64,000 nt of DNA from an uncultured Acidimicrobiales bacterium (GTDB lineage: Bacteria; Actinomycetota; Acidimicrobiia; Acidimicrobiales; SZUA-35), in contig CALIFY010000041.1 of NCBI GenBank assembly GCA_938021675.1, forward strand, positions 8,588 through 72,587. The letters are read 5' to 3'. Below, piece by piece: positions 27,574 through 37,586 of this stretch. The notes under the pieces were generated by a model. The model was not told where the DNA came from, did no database searches, and worked only from the letters and a program-made list of their open reading frames with translations. The first letter of the stretch is position 1, and the number at the start of each line of letters is the position of its first letter. The position numbers and the translations under genes were made by a program.

Positions 27574-27752
27574 AGTTTTCCCTTCCAGAGTCTCGCCGTA
27601 ATCAGTCGTCGCACGGGATTCTTGCACAGAACTGCATCGTTGAACATCTTCGACCCGCAGCATCTAGGCATCGACGGGAACAACCCCATTCATGTGGTAC
27701 GTTCTGCCGGTCGTTCGCGACAAAATCCCGCCGAGCAACGTCGGAGATAACT

Positions 27753-28841
27753 GTGGAACCTTCATCCCCCAACCCCCGAGACCGTAGTCGAGTTGCCGGA
27801 ACGAACGACGATGACTCGGGGGCGGCAGCAAAGCTGATCCCCGAGTGGGGCGTTCGAGCCGACGACCAGGTCATCTTTGCCGGAATCGCCGTCGTTCTTA
27901 TTCTCGCCGTCGTGCTTGGCTGGAACGCTTGGCGTGGCACCGATGACGGGGTGATCGACCAGGCCGCCATCGCCGCACCAGCAGATGATGACGCTGCCGG
28001 TGATGACGCTGCCGATGATGACGAGGGAGGCGACGGCGAACGTGCCGGTGCCGTTCCGGTCGCTAGCCAACCGACGACGACAACGACCGAGGCCGATACC
28101 ACTACCACCGCCGAAGCCGCTACCACCACCGAGGCTGCGCTCGCCGTCGGCGACGTGCAAGCCGCCGTCGACCCAGAGCCTGGTGCCATCACCGGAACCG
28201 CCGATGGCACCATCGCTGTTCTGGAAGGCTTCGTGGCAAATGACGCCGAACGTACAGCAGCAGGAGATGCCGCTGCGGCCGTCGAAGGAATCACTGAGGT
28301 CCAAAACAACCTTGAGTTGCTTGAGCCAGCGGTTGCTGACACGCTGACCGAAAACGGCGTTGTCGGCGCCACCGCGGTCGGAGTCGGGACGGAAATCACG
28401 GTAAGCGGAACAATCGAGTCAGAGGATGATCGGGCACCCGCTATCGCTGCCGCCGAAGCGGTCGAAGGGGTAACCGCCGTCGTGGACGACCGGTTGAATG
28501 TCAGCGTCACCGCCGACCTCAATGCCCTTCCTCAGGTGCAGTTCGCAACCAACTCAGCGGAAATCCTTCCGGTGAGCTTCTCCGATCTCGACGCTGCGGC
28601 CGAACTTCTGGCCGACGCTGGTGACGCCCGCATCGAGGTTCAGGGATACACCGATATCGAAGGTGACGAGGCCGACAATCTGACGCTCAGCCAAGAGCGT
28701 GCCGATGCCGTTCGGGGTTACCTGGTCGACGCCGGGGCTGACCCCGATGTGCTTTCTGCGACCGGGTTCGGAGAGACCGAAGAATTCGGGGCAGACCTCG
28801 CATCCAACCGACTCGTGCGGTTCCAGCAAGTCGATCAGTAA
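27753..28841 (+). CDS. BON-domain + OmpA_C-like peptidoglycan-binding protein (ArfA/OmpATb-like architecture)
   Basis: 362 aa. It has one TM (VIFAGIAVVLILAVVLGW) and an Asp/Thr-rich linker. Two BON-like segments read AVEGITEVQNNLEL and AVEGVTAVVDDRLNV. The OmpA-like C-terminus reads RIEVQGYTDIEGDEADNLTLSQERADAVRGYLV. Confidence 0.8.
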   Translation: MEPSSPNPRDRSRVAGTNDDDSGAAAKLIPEWGVRADDQVIFAGIAVVLILAVVLGWNAWRGTDDGVIDQAAIAAPADDDAAGDDAADDDEGGDGERAGAVPVASQPTTTTTEADTTTTAEAATTTEAALAVGDVQAAVDPEPGAITGTADGTIAVLEGFVANDAERTAAGDAAAAVEGITEVQNNLELLEPAVADTLTENGVVGATAVGVGTEITVSGTIESEDDRAPAIAAAEAVEGVTAVVDDRLNVSVTADLNALPQVQFATNSAEILPVSFSDLDAAAELLADAGDARIEVQGYTDIEGDEADNLTLSQERADAVRGYLVDAGADPDVLSATGFGETEEFGADLASNRLVRFQQVDQ

Positions 28842-28876
28842 CACCAGAACGACCCCGATCGAACCTAGGGGGTGTG

Positions 28877-28904
28877 CCGATGGAGACCTTCGGGTCTCCA
28901 TCGG
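28877..28904 (+). terminator. Stem-loop terminator after the BON/OmpA gene
   Basis: Perfect 12-bp stem CCGATGGAGACC-TTCG-GGTCTCCATCGG, followed by CGCGTTTCCCTTCAGTTTC (T-enriched). Confidence 0.7.
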
Positions 28905-28962
28905 CGCGTTTCCCTTCAGTTTCTAAACCAGCGGGTTCTGTGTCGCAGGCAGATTCCGTAGC

Positions 28963-28998
28963 ACAGGCAGTTCTTTGAGCGCAGGCAGTTCTTTGAGC
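28963..28998. repeat. Tandem 18-bp duplication (RCAGGCAGTTCTTTGAGC x2) with a related third copy upstream
   Basis: 28963-28980 and 28981-28998 differ at one base. A related GCAGGCAGATTCC occurs at about 28945. The tract lies between the convergent OmpA-like and yggT genes. Confidence 0.85.
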
Positions 28999-29006
28999 GC
29001 AGAGCG

Positions 29007-29279
29007 TTAGAACGGCAGACTTCGTGCGAGAGGAATCAGCAGGAGCCGGATGGCGAAGATCACCACCAGGGTCGACAGGTCAAGCGGTCCCATAGTTGGC
29101 ATGACCCGTCTCACCGGGAGGATTATCGGGTCGGTGAGGCGCTCGACAACATCGGCGACCGGCCTGACCGGTGAATCGAATCCGATCGGAAACCAACTCA
29201 GAATGGCCCGAGCGATAAGCAGGAACATACTGAGGTTGAGGAGCAGAACCAGCAAGGAGGCGACATTCATGTCTCCCAT
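29007..29279 (-). CDS. yggT: YggT family membrane protein
   Basis: 90 aa: LLLNLSMFLLIARAILSWFPIGFDSPVRPV...LTDPIILPVRRVMP..GPLDLS. Confidence 0.8.
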   Translation of the reverse strand: MGDMNVASLLVLLLNLSMFLLIARAILSWFPIGFDSPVRPVADVVERLTDPIILPVRRVMPTMGPLDLSTLVVIFAIRLLLIPLARSLPF

Positions 29280-29350
29280 CTTGCCGGATCCGACGAAAAA
29301 CTACTGAAAACTCGGGTGATCAGCCGTGATCGGTGGGCGTTCTGTCTCCG

Positions 29351-31038
<1,688 letters not shown>

Positions 31039-31164
31039 CTACGACTCACACCGTCTAGCGTAGCGCTACAGCTCACCCGAACCAAGGCGATGTCCTGGCC
31101 CCGTACCGGATGGTCTCGCGGGCTATCGTCGGCGTCGTCCTTCAGTCAATGGCGAGGCAACCCT

Positions 31165-33045
31165 ATGCAGGAGTCCAATCAGTACAGCACCCGCACCGAT
31201 GAGGCTGCGGCGGTTATCCAGCCGGGCCACGCGGTAGTCATCCACCGCAAACCGCTCACCGTCATCGTTGCGGTCGAGAATTCGGTACGCGGCGACTCAG
31301 CGCGGGCGATGTCCGCCCTCGTCGACAAACTCATCGACGACGAACAGTTCGAGTTCGGCCCCGTAGCTGGCGCTCTTCAAGACTTCGTGGTCGAGCGTCA
31401 ACCGGCCGGCGTCGCCGCGTTACTCGACATAGCTCCAGAACCAATTCTGTTCTTGTTCGACGATGCCACCGCTATCGCCGGGGGTGAAACGCATTCCGGC
31501 GTTGGTCGCAGTGGATGGACCACGGCGTTTGCCACCGCCAACTCTCGAGTCGAGCTCGCCGCAGGCCAAAATCCAGATGGCGACGATTCGGCCGATCACG
31601 GCTGGACGCAGCTGCGTGAAGGGACGGTAGGCGGAGGCTCGGTCGTCGTAACCGCTCAGGCCCCAGGCATCTCATCGACCGGCGATACGGCAGCGTCGAC
31701 GGCAACGAGGGGAGAACTCGAGGAGGAGGCGGAAACGGTGGCCGAACGCCAGCGAACCCCGGTCGCTACCCATGAACCGATCGCCGGCGCCAACCTCGAC
31801 GATATTCCCGGCCTTGGAGCAGACCCCGAGCCGTCGATGGTGCCGCTGGCAGGTGCCGGCGCCGATCGCGCCGCTCCCGCCTCCGACTCCCAGACGCTCG
31901 GCGAGCAATACCGAAGCGATACAACCGAAGGAGCCGCAGGCGTCACCAAACCCCTCGGGGCTCCGCACCCGCTGGGACCAAACCAACCACCTCCACCCAC
32001 CGGACCGGCCGCTGACCAAGCACCACAGATCCCATCGGGACCGGAAGGCTATTCAGCACCCCCACCACCCCGTCCCGACCCAAGCGGCCCGTTCTCAGCG
32101 AGCCGGCCAGCGGAATTCGGAGCACCGGCACCGCTTCCCGACCCACCACCAGATCTACGCCAAGGGCCTGGCTCCGTTCCACCGGGGCCACGACCGGATT
32201 GGGCGCCGTCACCGGGGTCCCAATTCGAGAGACCGGAGGCCACCGATCAGTACAACGTCCCCGCTCCCCCACCAGCCTCAAGCCCACCCCCGCCAGACTT
32301 CGACCCACCACCCGGACCGGGCACAACCCCACCACCCGGACCACGCTTCACCCCACCACCCGGACCAGGCACAACCCCACCACCCCCGCCAAACTTCGAC
32401 CCACCAACCGGGCCACGCTTCACCCCACCACCCGGGCCACCCTTCACACCACCACCCGGACCAGACCTCGACCCAGCACCCGGCCCAGGCACGACCCCAC
32501 CACCCGGCCCAGGCACAACCCCACCACCCGGACCAGACCTCGACCCACCACCCGGCCCAGGTACAACCCAACCGCCGATAGCGGGACCAGACCTCGACCC
32601 GCCGCTGGGACCGGATACGTCACAGCCGCCGATGCCCGGACCAGACTCCATCAAGCCACCGATGCCAAGCTCTTTGTCGACGTTTGGACACGAGCCGGAT
32701 CGGGCCGACCTCGGACCACCCAGGGATCAAGAGTCGTCACCCTTGGGGCCGACTTCGGATCCGGGCCCATTGTCACGGCCAAGCGCCCCTGACCTTGGCC
32801 CACCTACCCCGCAACCCCCAGCGTCGGCCGACTCGGCCGTACTGCCCGAGCCCCCTCCCGGCGAGACACGTTCCAAGCAACCGTTGACAAGTCGTCCGGC
32901 AACGCCACCAACCGACGCGACGAGCCCGACCGAACCATGGGGCCAAACGCCGGAAACCGAGCCTTTCGAAGGCCCGCATGACCCGCCACACAGCACTGAT
33001 CACGAGACTTCCAGCGACGAAACGACACCAAAAGGCGAGGCGTGA
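31165..33045 (+). CDS. Proline-rich repeat protein with about 170-aa N-terminal globular domain (hypothetical)
   Basis: The track ORF starts at 31090. ATG 31165 is preceded by GGCGAGG. The N-domain contains HAVVIHRKPLTVIVAVENS...ILFLFDDATAIAGGETHSG. More than 400 aa of Pro-rich sequence follows, including octapeptide repeats. No TM or signal peptide is visible. Confidence 0.6.
   Translation: MQESNQYSTRTDEAAAVIQPGHAVVIHRKPLTVIVAVENSVRGDSARAMSALVDKLIDDEQFEFGPVAGALQDFVVERQPAGVAALLDIAPEPILFLFDDATAIAGGETHSGVGRSGWTTAFATANSRVELAAGQNPDGDDSADHGWTQLREGTVGGGSVVVTAQAPGISSTGDTAASTATRGELEEEAETVAERQRTPVATHEPIAGANLDDIPGLGADPEPSMVPLAGAGADRAAPASDSQTLGEQYRSDTTEGAAGVTKPLGAPHPLGPNQPPPPTGPAADQAPQIPSGPEGYSAPPPPRPDPSGPFSASRPAEFGAPAPLPDPPPDLRQGPGSVPPGPRPDWAPSPGSQFERPEATDQYNVPAPPPASSPPPPDFDPPPGPGTTPPPGPRFTPPPGPGTTPPPPPNFDPPTGPRFTPPPGPPFTPPPGPDLDPAPGPGTTPPPGPGTTPPPGPDLDPPPGPGTTQPPIAGPDLDPPLGPDTSQPPMPGPDSIKPPMPSSLSTFGHEPDRADLGPPRDQESSPLGPTSDPGPLSRPSAPDLGPPTPQPPASADSAVLPEPPPGETRSKQPLTSRPATPPTDATSPTEPWGQTPETEPFEGPHDPPHSTDHETSSDETTPKGEA
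32284..32667 (+). repeat. In-frame 24-nt (octapeptide PPGPxxxP) tandem repeats, about 11 good copies plus degenerate ones
   Basis: The protein reads PPPPDFDP PPGPGTTP PPGPRFTP PPGPGTTP PPPPNFDP PTGPRFTP PPGPPFTP PPGPDLDP APGPGTTP PPGPGTTP PPGPDLDP PPGPGTTQ ... The DNA repeats ccaccacccggaccaggcacaacc-type units. Confidence 0.85.
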
Positions 33046-33251
33046 TACCAACAAAACCGACCTACCAGGAGTCCTTTCGCTTCAGTGAGATGTCGATCGG
33101 TGGATTTGTCCCCCAGCTACGCCTGCCGAGCAGCCATAGCTGGTTCAGGCCCGTATGATTGTCCTTGGCGAATCGGTGCTGCGATTCTCCCGCGCCTCCT
33201 GGGTATAGGTGCGGCCGACGAGAGAGGAGAGGGGCGGAGATAGCAGAGACG

Positions 33252-35132
33252 ATGGCCGCCACGTTCCAACTCGACGGTTTTGAGCCAACCACTCGCCTTG
33301 GCGGAGGCGGATTCGGTGACGTTTGGCTTGCCCGCCAAACCAACATCGACCGTCAAGTGGCGATCAAGGTCGGGCATTCCGCTATTCAGGACGCCACCAT
33401 AAAGCTTCGCTTCGAGCGGGAGTGCAAGGCCCTAGGGCGGCTGTCTGGACATCCGAATATCGTCGATGTCTACACCGCCGGCTCGCTGACCGATGGTCGG
33501 CCCTACCTTGTTCTCGAATACATCAGCGGTGGCACGTTGTGGCAACTGCTCAAGAAAAACCCGATCCCCGAACAAGATCTCCTACAGATCGGCTCTCAGC
33601 TCTCAACAGCTCTCGACGTCGCCCATTCCTCTGGTGTCCTCCATCGAGACCTGAAGCCGGAAAATATCTTGATGCGCGGCAACGGTGAAGTTGTGCTCGG
33701 CGACTTCGGCATCGCTCGGCTTCACGATGGCCAGAACACCACCTCGGCCGCCATTACCGCCAGCGTGGCCTACGCCCCACCGGAGATTCTGAGCGGCAAG
33801 ACGGCAACGGTCGCCAGCGACATCTATGGCATCGGGGTCTGCCTGTTGGCCGCGGTATTTCGTTCCGTCCCGTTCGTCCAAAAAACCGATGAGTCGATCC
33901 ATCCGATCATCAACCGAGTGCTGTCGGACCAACCGCCCGACTGTCGCACCGCCGGCGTGTCCGATGGGCTGGCCACGCTCATAGACGTCCTGCTGAGCAA
34001 AGACCCAGCGAAACGCCCCGCAACTGCAGCCGAGGTCCTAGAACGGTTCTCCGCTCTTCGCGCCCAATCGACGCAAGCGTCCACATCATCGGCGTCGGCT
34101 GCCACCCGGGTAGTGGCGGCACCAAACACCAACCTAGGGCCGGCCCCACCGAACCAAACGGTTGCCAATTCACCGACACCGGCGGGGACGGCTCCGGCCA
34201 CCCCGCAACAAGCGGCGGCAGCCGGCTACCGGGCAGGCCAACACCCCGAACAACTCAGTCCACCAGTGTCGAGTTTCGGCACTCACGGCTACGTTCCGAC
34301 CGGTCAACCAATGGGCAAAGCCGAGACCGTCCAGCGTCGGCCAAACCGCAACATCAGGCTCTTCGTGGTCGCCTACCTCGGCACGCTAATCGTTGGCGCC
34401 CTCGTTATCTTCGTGTTGTTTCAAGTTCTACGAAACGACGGCTCGCAAGTGAGTCAGGCTGTCGACGACGCCACGACGTTCTCGGCCGACCCCCCGCCAG
34501 ACGATGCAACCGAGCAGGTCGACGGGACGACACCAGCGGCTGGCGCCTCAGATACCGACGAATCGACCGAAGACTCCGCCCCAGATGCTGCATCCACCAA
34601 TCCTGGTCCGCTGCAGATACCCCTCACGTTGGCCGATGTGCCGTTCGATCAAACCGAGACCAACGAGATCGAACCATTCGGCCCCGACCAAGAGGCGTTG
34701 TGCGAAACGTCACCGTCGGTTGATGGACTGGTCGAGTGGGAGGGCCTCTCTTGGTCCACCGACCTCGGAGTTCGACAACTGCACCAAACCCTGATCCGTT
34801 TCGAGACCGCAGAGCAGGCCACCGACTACCTCGATGCCTACGCCGAGACCAACAACTGCGACAGTTGGGTCATACCGGCAACGGACGAGGGGGGATTCGA
34901 CATCACCTTCACGGCCAACGAAATTTCGCCTCCAGCTACCGATTTGCCCTCCCGCCGCTTCGAGGCGATCGGCGAAAGCGAGGCTCCGGTCGACCTCTAC
35001 GCCGGCATCGTGCTCGTACAGTCAGGAACCGACGTATTTGGCCTCAGTACCACCGGCCTCTCTCAAGCGCAGATCACCGAGCTTGAAGACCTTGTGCCGC
35101 TCGCCTTAGAACGGCTTGGGTTTACGATCTGA
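33252..35132 (+). CDS. Hanks-type Ser/Thr protein kinase, single-pass membrane, non-PASTA extracytoplasmic domain
   Basis: Kinase motifs are GGGGFGDVWLA, VAIKV, HRDLKPENIL, DFGIA and APPE. TM is LFVVAYLGTLIVGALVIFVLF. The C-terminal domain of about 230 aa has no PASTA repeats. ATG 33252 is preceded by GAGAGGAGAGG; the track start 33159 is less likely. Confidence 0.9.
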   Translation: MAATFQLDGFEPTTRLGGGGFGDVWLARQTNIDRQVAIKVGHSAIQDATIKLRFERECKALGRLSGHPNIVDVYTAGSLTDGRPYLVLEYISGGTLWQLLKKNPIPEQDLLQIGSQLSTALDVAHSSGVLHRDLKPENILMRGNGEVVLGDFGIARLHDGQNTTSAAITASVAYAPPEILSGKTATVASDIYGIGVCLLAAVFRSVPFVQKTDESIHPIINRVLSDQPPDCRTAGVSDGLATLIDVLLSKDPAKRPATAAEVLERFSALRAQSTQASTSSASAATRVVAAPNTNLGPAPPNQTVANSPTPAGTAPATPQQAAAAGYRAGQHPEQLSPPVSSFGTHGYVPTGQPMGKAETVQRRPNRNIRLFVVAYLGTLIVGALVIFVLFQVLRNDGSQVSQAVDDATTFSADPPPDDATEQVDGTTPAAGASDTDESTEDSAPDAASTNPGPLQIPLTLADVPFDQTETNEIEPFGPDQEALCETSPSVDGLVEWEGLSWSTDLGVRQLHQTLIRFETAEQATDYLDAYAETNNCDSWVIPATDEGGFDITFTANEISPPATDLPSRRFEAIGESEAPVDLYAGIVLVQSGTDVFGLSTTGLSQAQITELEDLVPLALERLGFTI

Positions 35133-35144
35133 GCGTGAACAAAC

Positions 35145-36515
35145 TCAGCCGATGACCCAACGGTCGTCGACCGAGCCTTGTTGTTCGCCAGCCCTGAAGC
35201 GAGTAGCGGCCGCCGCAGTAGCCGATCGCAATGCCTCCTCGGCATGGACTCCCCGTCGACGAGCAAGTTCGACCAACACCAATAGCACCTGACCAACTTC
35301 GCTCTCGCCAGCCGAGTCCGGTAGATGCGACGCCAGTGCCTCGCCGACAGTACCGAGAGCGACAGGGGCCGGGCTGGACGCGCCACCTTTCTTAAGAACC
35401 TTCTCGGCCTTAGCCAGAGCGGGCAACGACGCGGGGATGCCATCAAGAACCGACGAGCGGCTCTTCTCCTCCTGCTTCATCCGCTCCCAGTTCTCCGTCG
35501 ACGAGCCATCGATAACTGCACCGGCATTGGCGCTGTACACGTGAGGATGCCGACCGATCATCTTGTCCACCAGCTGTTCGGCTACATCGGCAATCGTGAA
35601 CTGGCCGGCCTCGGTCGCCAGCTGCGCATGAAACAGGATCTGGAACCAAAGATCCCCAAGTTCCTCTTCGAGGTCGGCGTAGGCATCACCATCGCCGCGT
35701 TCAATCACAGCTTCTACGGCATCGAGAACTTCGTACGCCTCTTCGACCAAGTGTTTCCGAAGCGTGCCGTGATCTTGTTCGCTATCCCATGGGCATTCCT
35801 GGCGTAAGCGGTACATGAGATCGACGCTACGAGCCAGCTGATGACCGACGGGAGCAGCCATCTCGGGAAGATAGAGCGTGGTGAGATGGTCTGGTTCGAA
35901 TGAACGATCGAGTTCCGGCCACGGAACCTCAAGCACCGTCTCGTCAGCGGTCCCGAGCCGTTGGAGTACTATCGCCACCTGCTCAGTGCCGGCATCAAGA
36001 GAAAGCTTGATATCCGACAGTACCCGTGGCGCGTGAACATGAGCGACCAGTAGCGGACCCCGCTCCCCCGCCGCTTCGGTAGCAAAGCGGTGACCATCGA
36101 CGAGCCGGACCCCATCATCGATGGGGTCGACGGCGAGGCGTGACCACACTTCGTCCAGAAACGACACCGCGGGGAGCGTGGTCACCTCGACATCATGGCG
36201 TGACCGCAGATGCTGAACCGAACGCTCGAGCACCAACGGTGAACCGGGCACGGCGTACACCACATGACCAGCCTCAGTCGCTTCGGCCACCAAACGATCG
36301 GCAATGCCGTGGTAGACGTCTTCGAAGGAAGCAGCCTGCTCATAGATTGCATCGAACGACTCAGCACCGACCGCCCGAACGGCAGTCGGATGCCGAGAGG
36401 TACGGAGGAACACGTTGTGCGGGCCGACCAACGCTTCGGCGGTGGCTTCGGTCAGACCACCAGGTCCACCGGGCCCAAGGCCACACACTTCGATCGTTGG
36501 CACGTCGGCCCTCAC
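35145..36515 (-). CDS. mazG: YabN-type fusion: tetrapyrrole-methylase-like domain + MazG nucleoside triphosphate pyrophosphohydrolase
   Basis: 456 aa. The N-terminus reads IEVCGLGPGGPGGLTEAT.... The C-terminal MazG repeats read RLRQECPWDSEQDHGTLRKHLVEEAYEVLDAVE and EELGDLWFQI. Confidence 0.85.
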   Translation of the reverse strand: MRADVPTIEVCGLGPGGPGGLTEATAEALVGPHNVFLRTSRHPTAVRAVGAESFDAIYEQAASFEDVYHGIADRLVAEATEAGHVVYAVPGSPLVLERSVQHLRSRHDVEVTTLPAVSFLDEVWSRLAVDPIDDGVRLVDGHRFATEAAGERGPLLVAHVHAPRVLSDIKLSLDAGTEQVAIVLQRLGTADETVLEVPWPELDRSFEPDHLTTLYLPEMAAPVGHQLARSVDLMYRLRQECPWDSEQDHGTLRKHLVEEAYEVLDAVEAVIERGDGDAYADLEEELGDLWFQILFHAQLATEAGQFTIADVAEQLVDKMIGRHPHVYSANAGAVIDGSSTENWERMKQEEKSRSSVLDGIPASLPALAKAEKVLKKGGASSPAPVALGTVGEALASHLPDSAGESEVGQVLLVLVELARRRGVHAEEALRSATAAAATRFRAGEQQGSVDDRWVIG

Positions 36516-36536
36516 AGAGACATCGCCAGCACCGGG

Positions 36537-37583
36537 CTAGAGCCCAGGTGGCACCACCGCGAGCTGCTCGGTGTCCCACTGTCCAATCGCCTCGTCTACC
36601 TCAACATCGACGCCGGTCAGTCGCTCCCGAATTCGCTCGGCAGCGATGGTTTGGCCGTCGACCTCGAAACGCTCGACTAAGATCACGTGCCAACCAAACT
36701 CCGTCTCAACCGGGCCGACAACGGCTCCGACTTCAGCCGAATCAACTGCGGCGGCAAACTCGGGGACGTAGTTGCTGGTCGGGGCGCAGCCGAGATCGCC
36801 GCCGTTCGGTCCGCTGGGTCCGGTCGACAGCTCGGTGGCCAGCTCGGCAAAATCCTCGCCGTCGTCCAAACGCTCGACGGCCGCGTCGGCATCGGCCTCG
36901 GCCTCCAGCAAAATGTGGCGGACACAGGGCACACCATCAGCCGGATCCGCCTCTTCGCTGAGTTCCTCGGTTAGGGCATCCTGCGCCGCCTGGTACTCGG
37001 TGAGAAACGATAGGTACGGAACCTCGTCGTAGAGCCGTTGCGCCTCAACGTTCGGATCTTCCTCGCTGGGGAAGAGGGTCTCGACCTGCGAGACCAACCG
37101 ATCGCGAGCCGTGTCCCGATTCTCGTCGCTGACTTCGACCCCAAGCTCATCAAGCTCGAGTTGAACGGCCTCGCGCACGAGATGCTCGGTCAATACCCCA
37201 ACGTCGAATCCGGGTGGCGACTGACCACCAAACACCAGTGTCACGAACTCTTCGTTGTCTTGGGTCGGAACGACAACTTCGTTGAGTTCACCGTGGGTGA
37301 TCTCCCAGCTCGTCCCGTCGAAATCTGCCGACAGGGCGACATCTTCGGGAGCGCCGGTGGTAGCTGGTGCACCTACTGTTGTGGTGGGAGCAGCATCGGC
37401 TGGATCTTCGGAGGTGTCTTCGTCGCCTTCGCCTGCGTCCTCACCGCCTTCGCCGGTTTCTCCGTCGGCCGTCTCTTCGGTCGTCGAAGACGGCGCGGCT
37501 TCAACGTCGTCGGACGACCGTTCGGCTCCACAGGCCGCCACCGTGATGCACATTGCGATGAGTATTGCGAGTTTTGTCGGCAA
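36537..37583 (-). CDS. Lipoprotein peptidyl-prolyl isomerase, parvulin/PpiC type (PrsA-like)
   Basis: Lipobox is LIAMCITVAAC. The rotamase domain reads VRHILLEAEADADAAV...GGDLGC...FAAAV...VGPVETEFGWHVILVE. Confidence 0.8.
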   Translation of the reverse strand: MPTKLAILIAMCITVAACGAERSSDDVEAAPSSTTEETADGETGEGGEDAGEGDEDTSEDPADAAPTTTVGAPATTGAPEDVALSADFDGTSWEITHGELNEVVVPTQDNEEFVTLVFGGQSPPGFDVGVLTEHLVREAVQLELDELGVEVSDENRDTARDRLVSQVETLFPSEEDPNVEAQRLYDEVPYLSFLTEYQAAQDALTEELSEEADPADGVPCVRHILLEAEADADAAVERLDDGEDFAELATELSTGPSGPNGGDLGCAPTSNYVPEFAAAVDSAEVGAVVGPVETEFGWHVILVERFEVDGQTIAAERIRERLTGVDVEVDEAIGQWDTEQLAVVPPGL

Positions 37584-37586
37584 CGG

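Noticed and set aside
27602-28522. 306-aa minus-strand ORF, Ala/Ser/Thr/Pro-rich
   Set aside because: It is an antisense shadow of the plus-strand BON/OmpA_C gene, which has clear domain motifs. Its low-complexity composition is typical of wrong-frame translation in high-G+C DNA.
31772-32792. Several long alternative-frame ORFs (31772..32581, 32199..32792, 32247..32654 minus, 32278..32571 minus)
   Set aside because: All are by-products of the proline-codon repeat tract (His/Thr/Arg- or Gly-rich translations). The frame giving the PPGPxxxP array is continuous with a globular N-domain.
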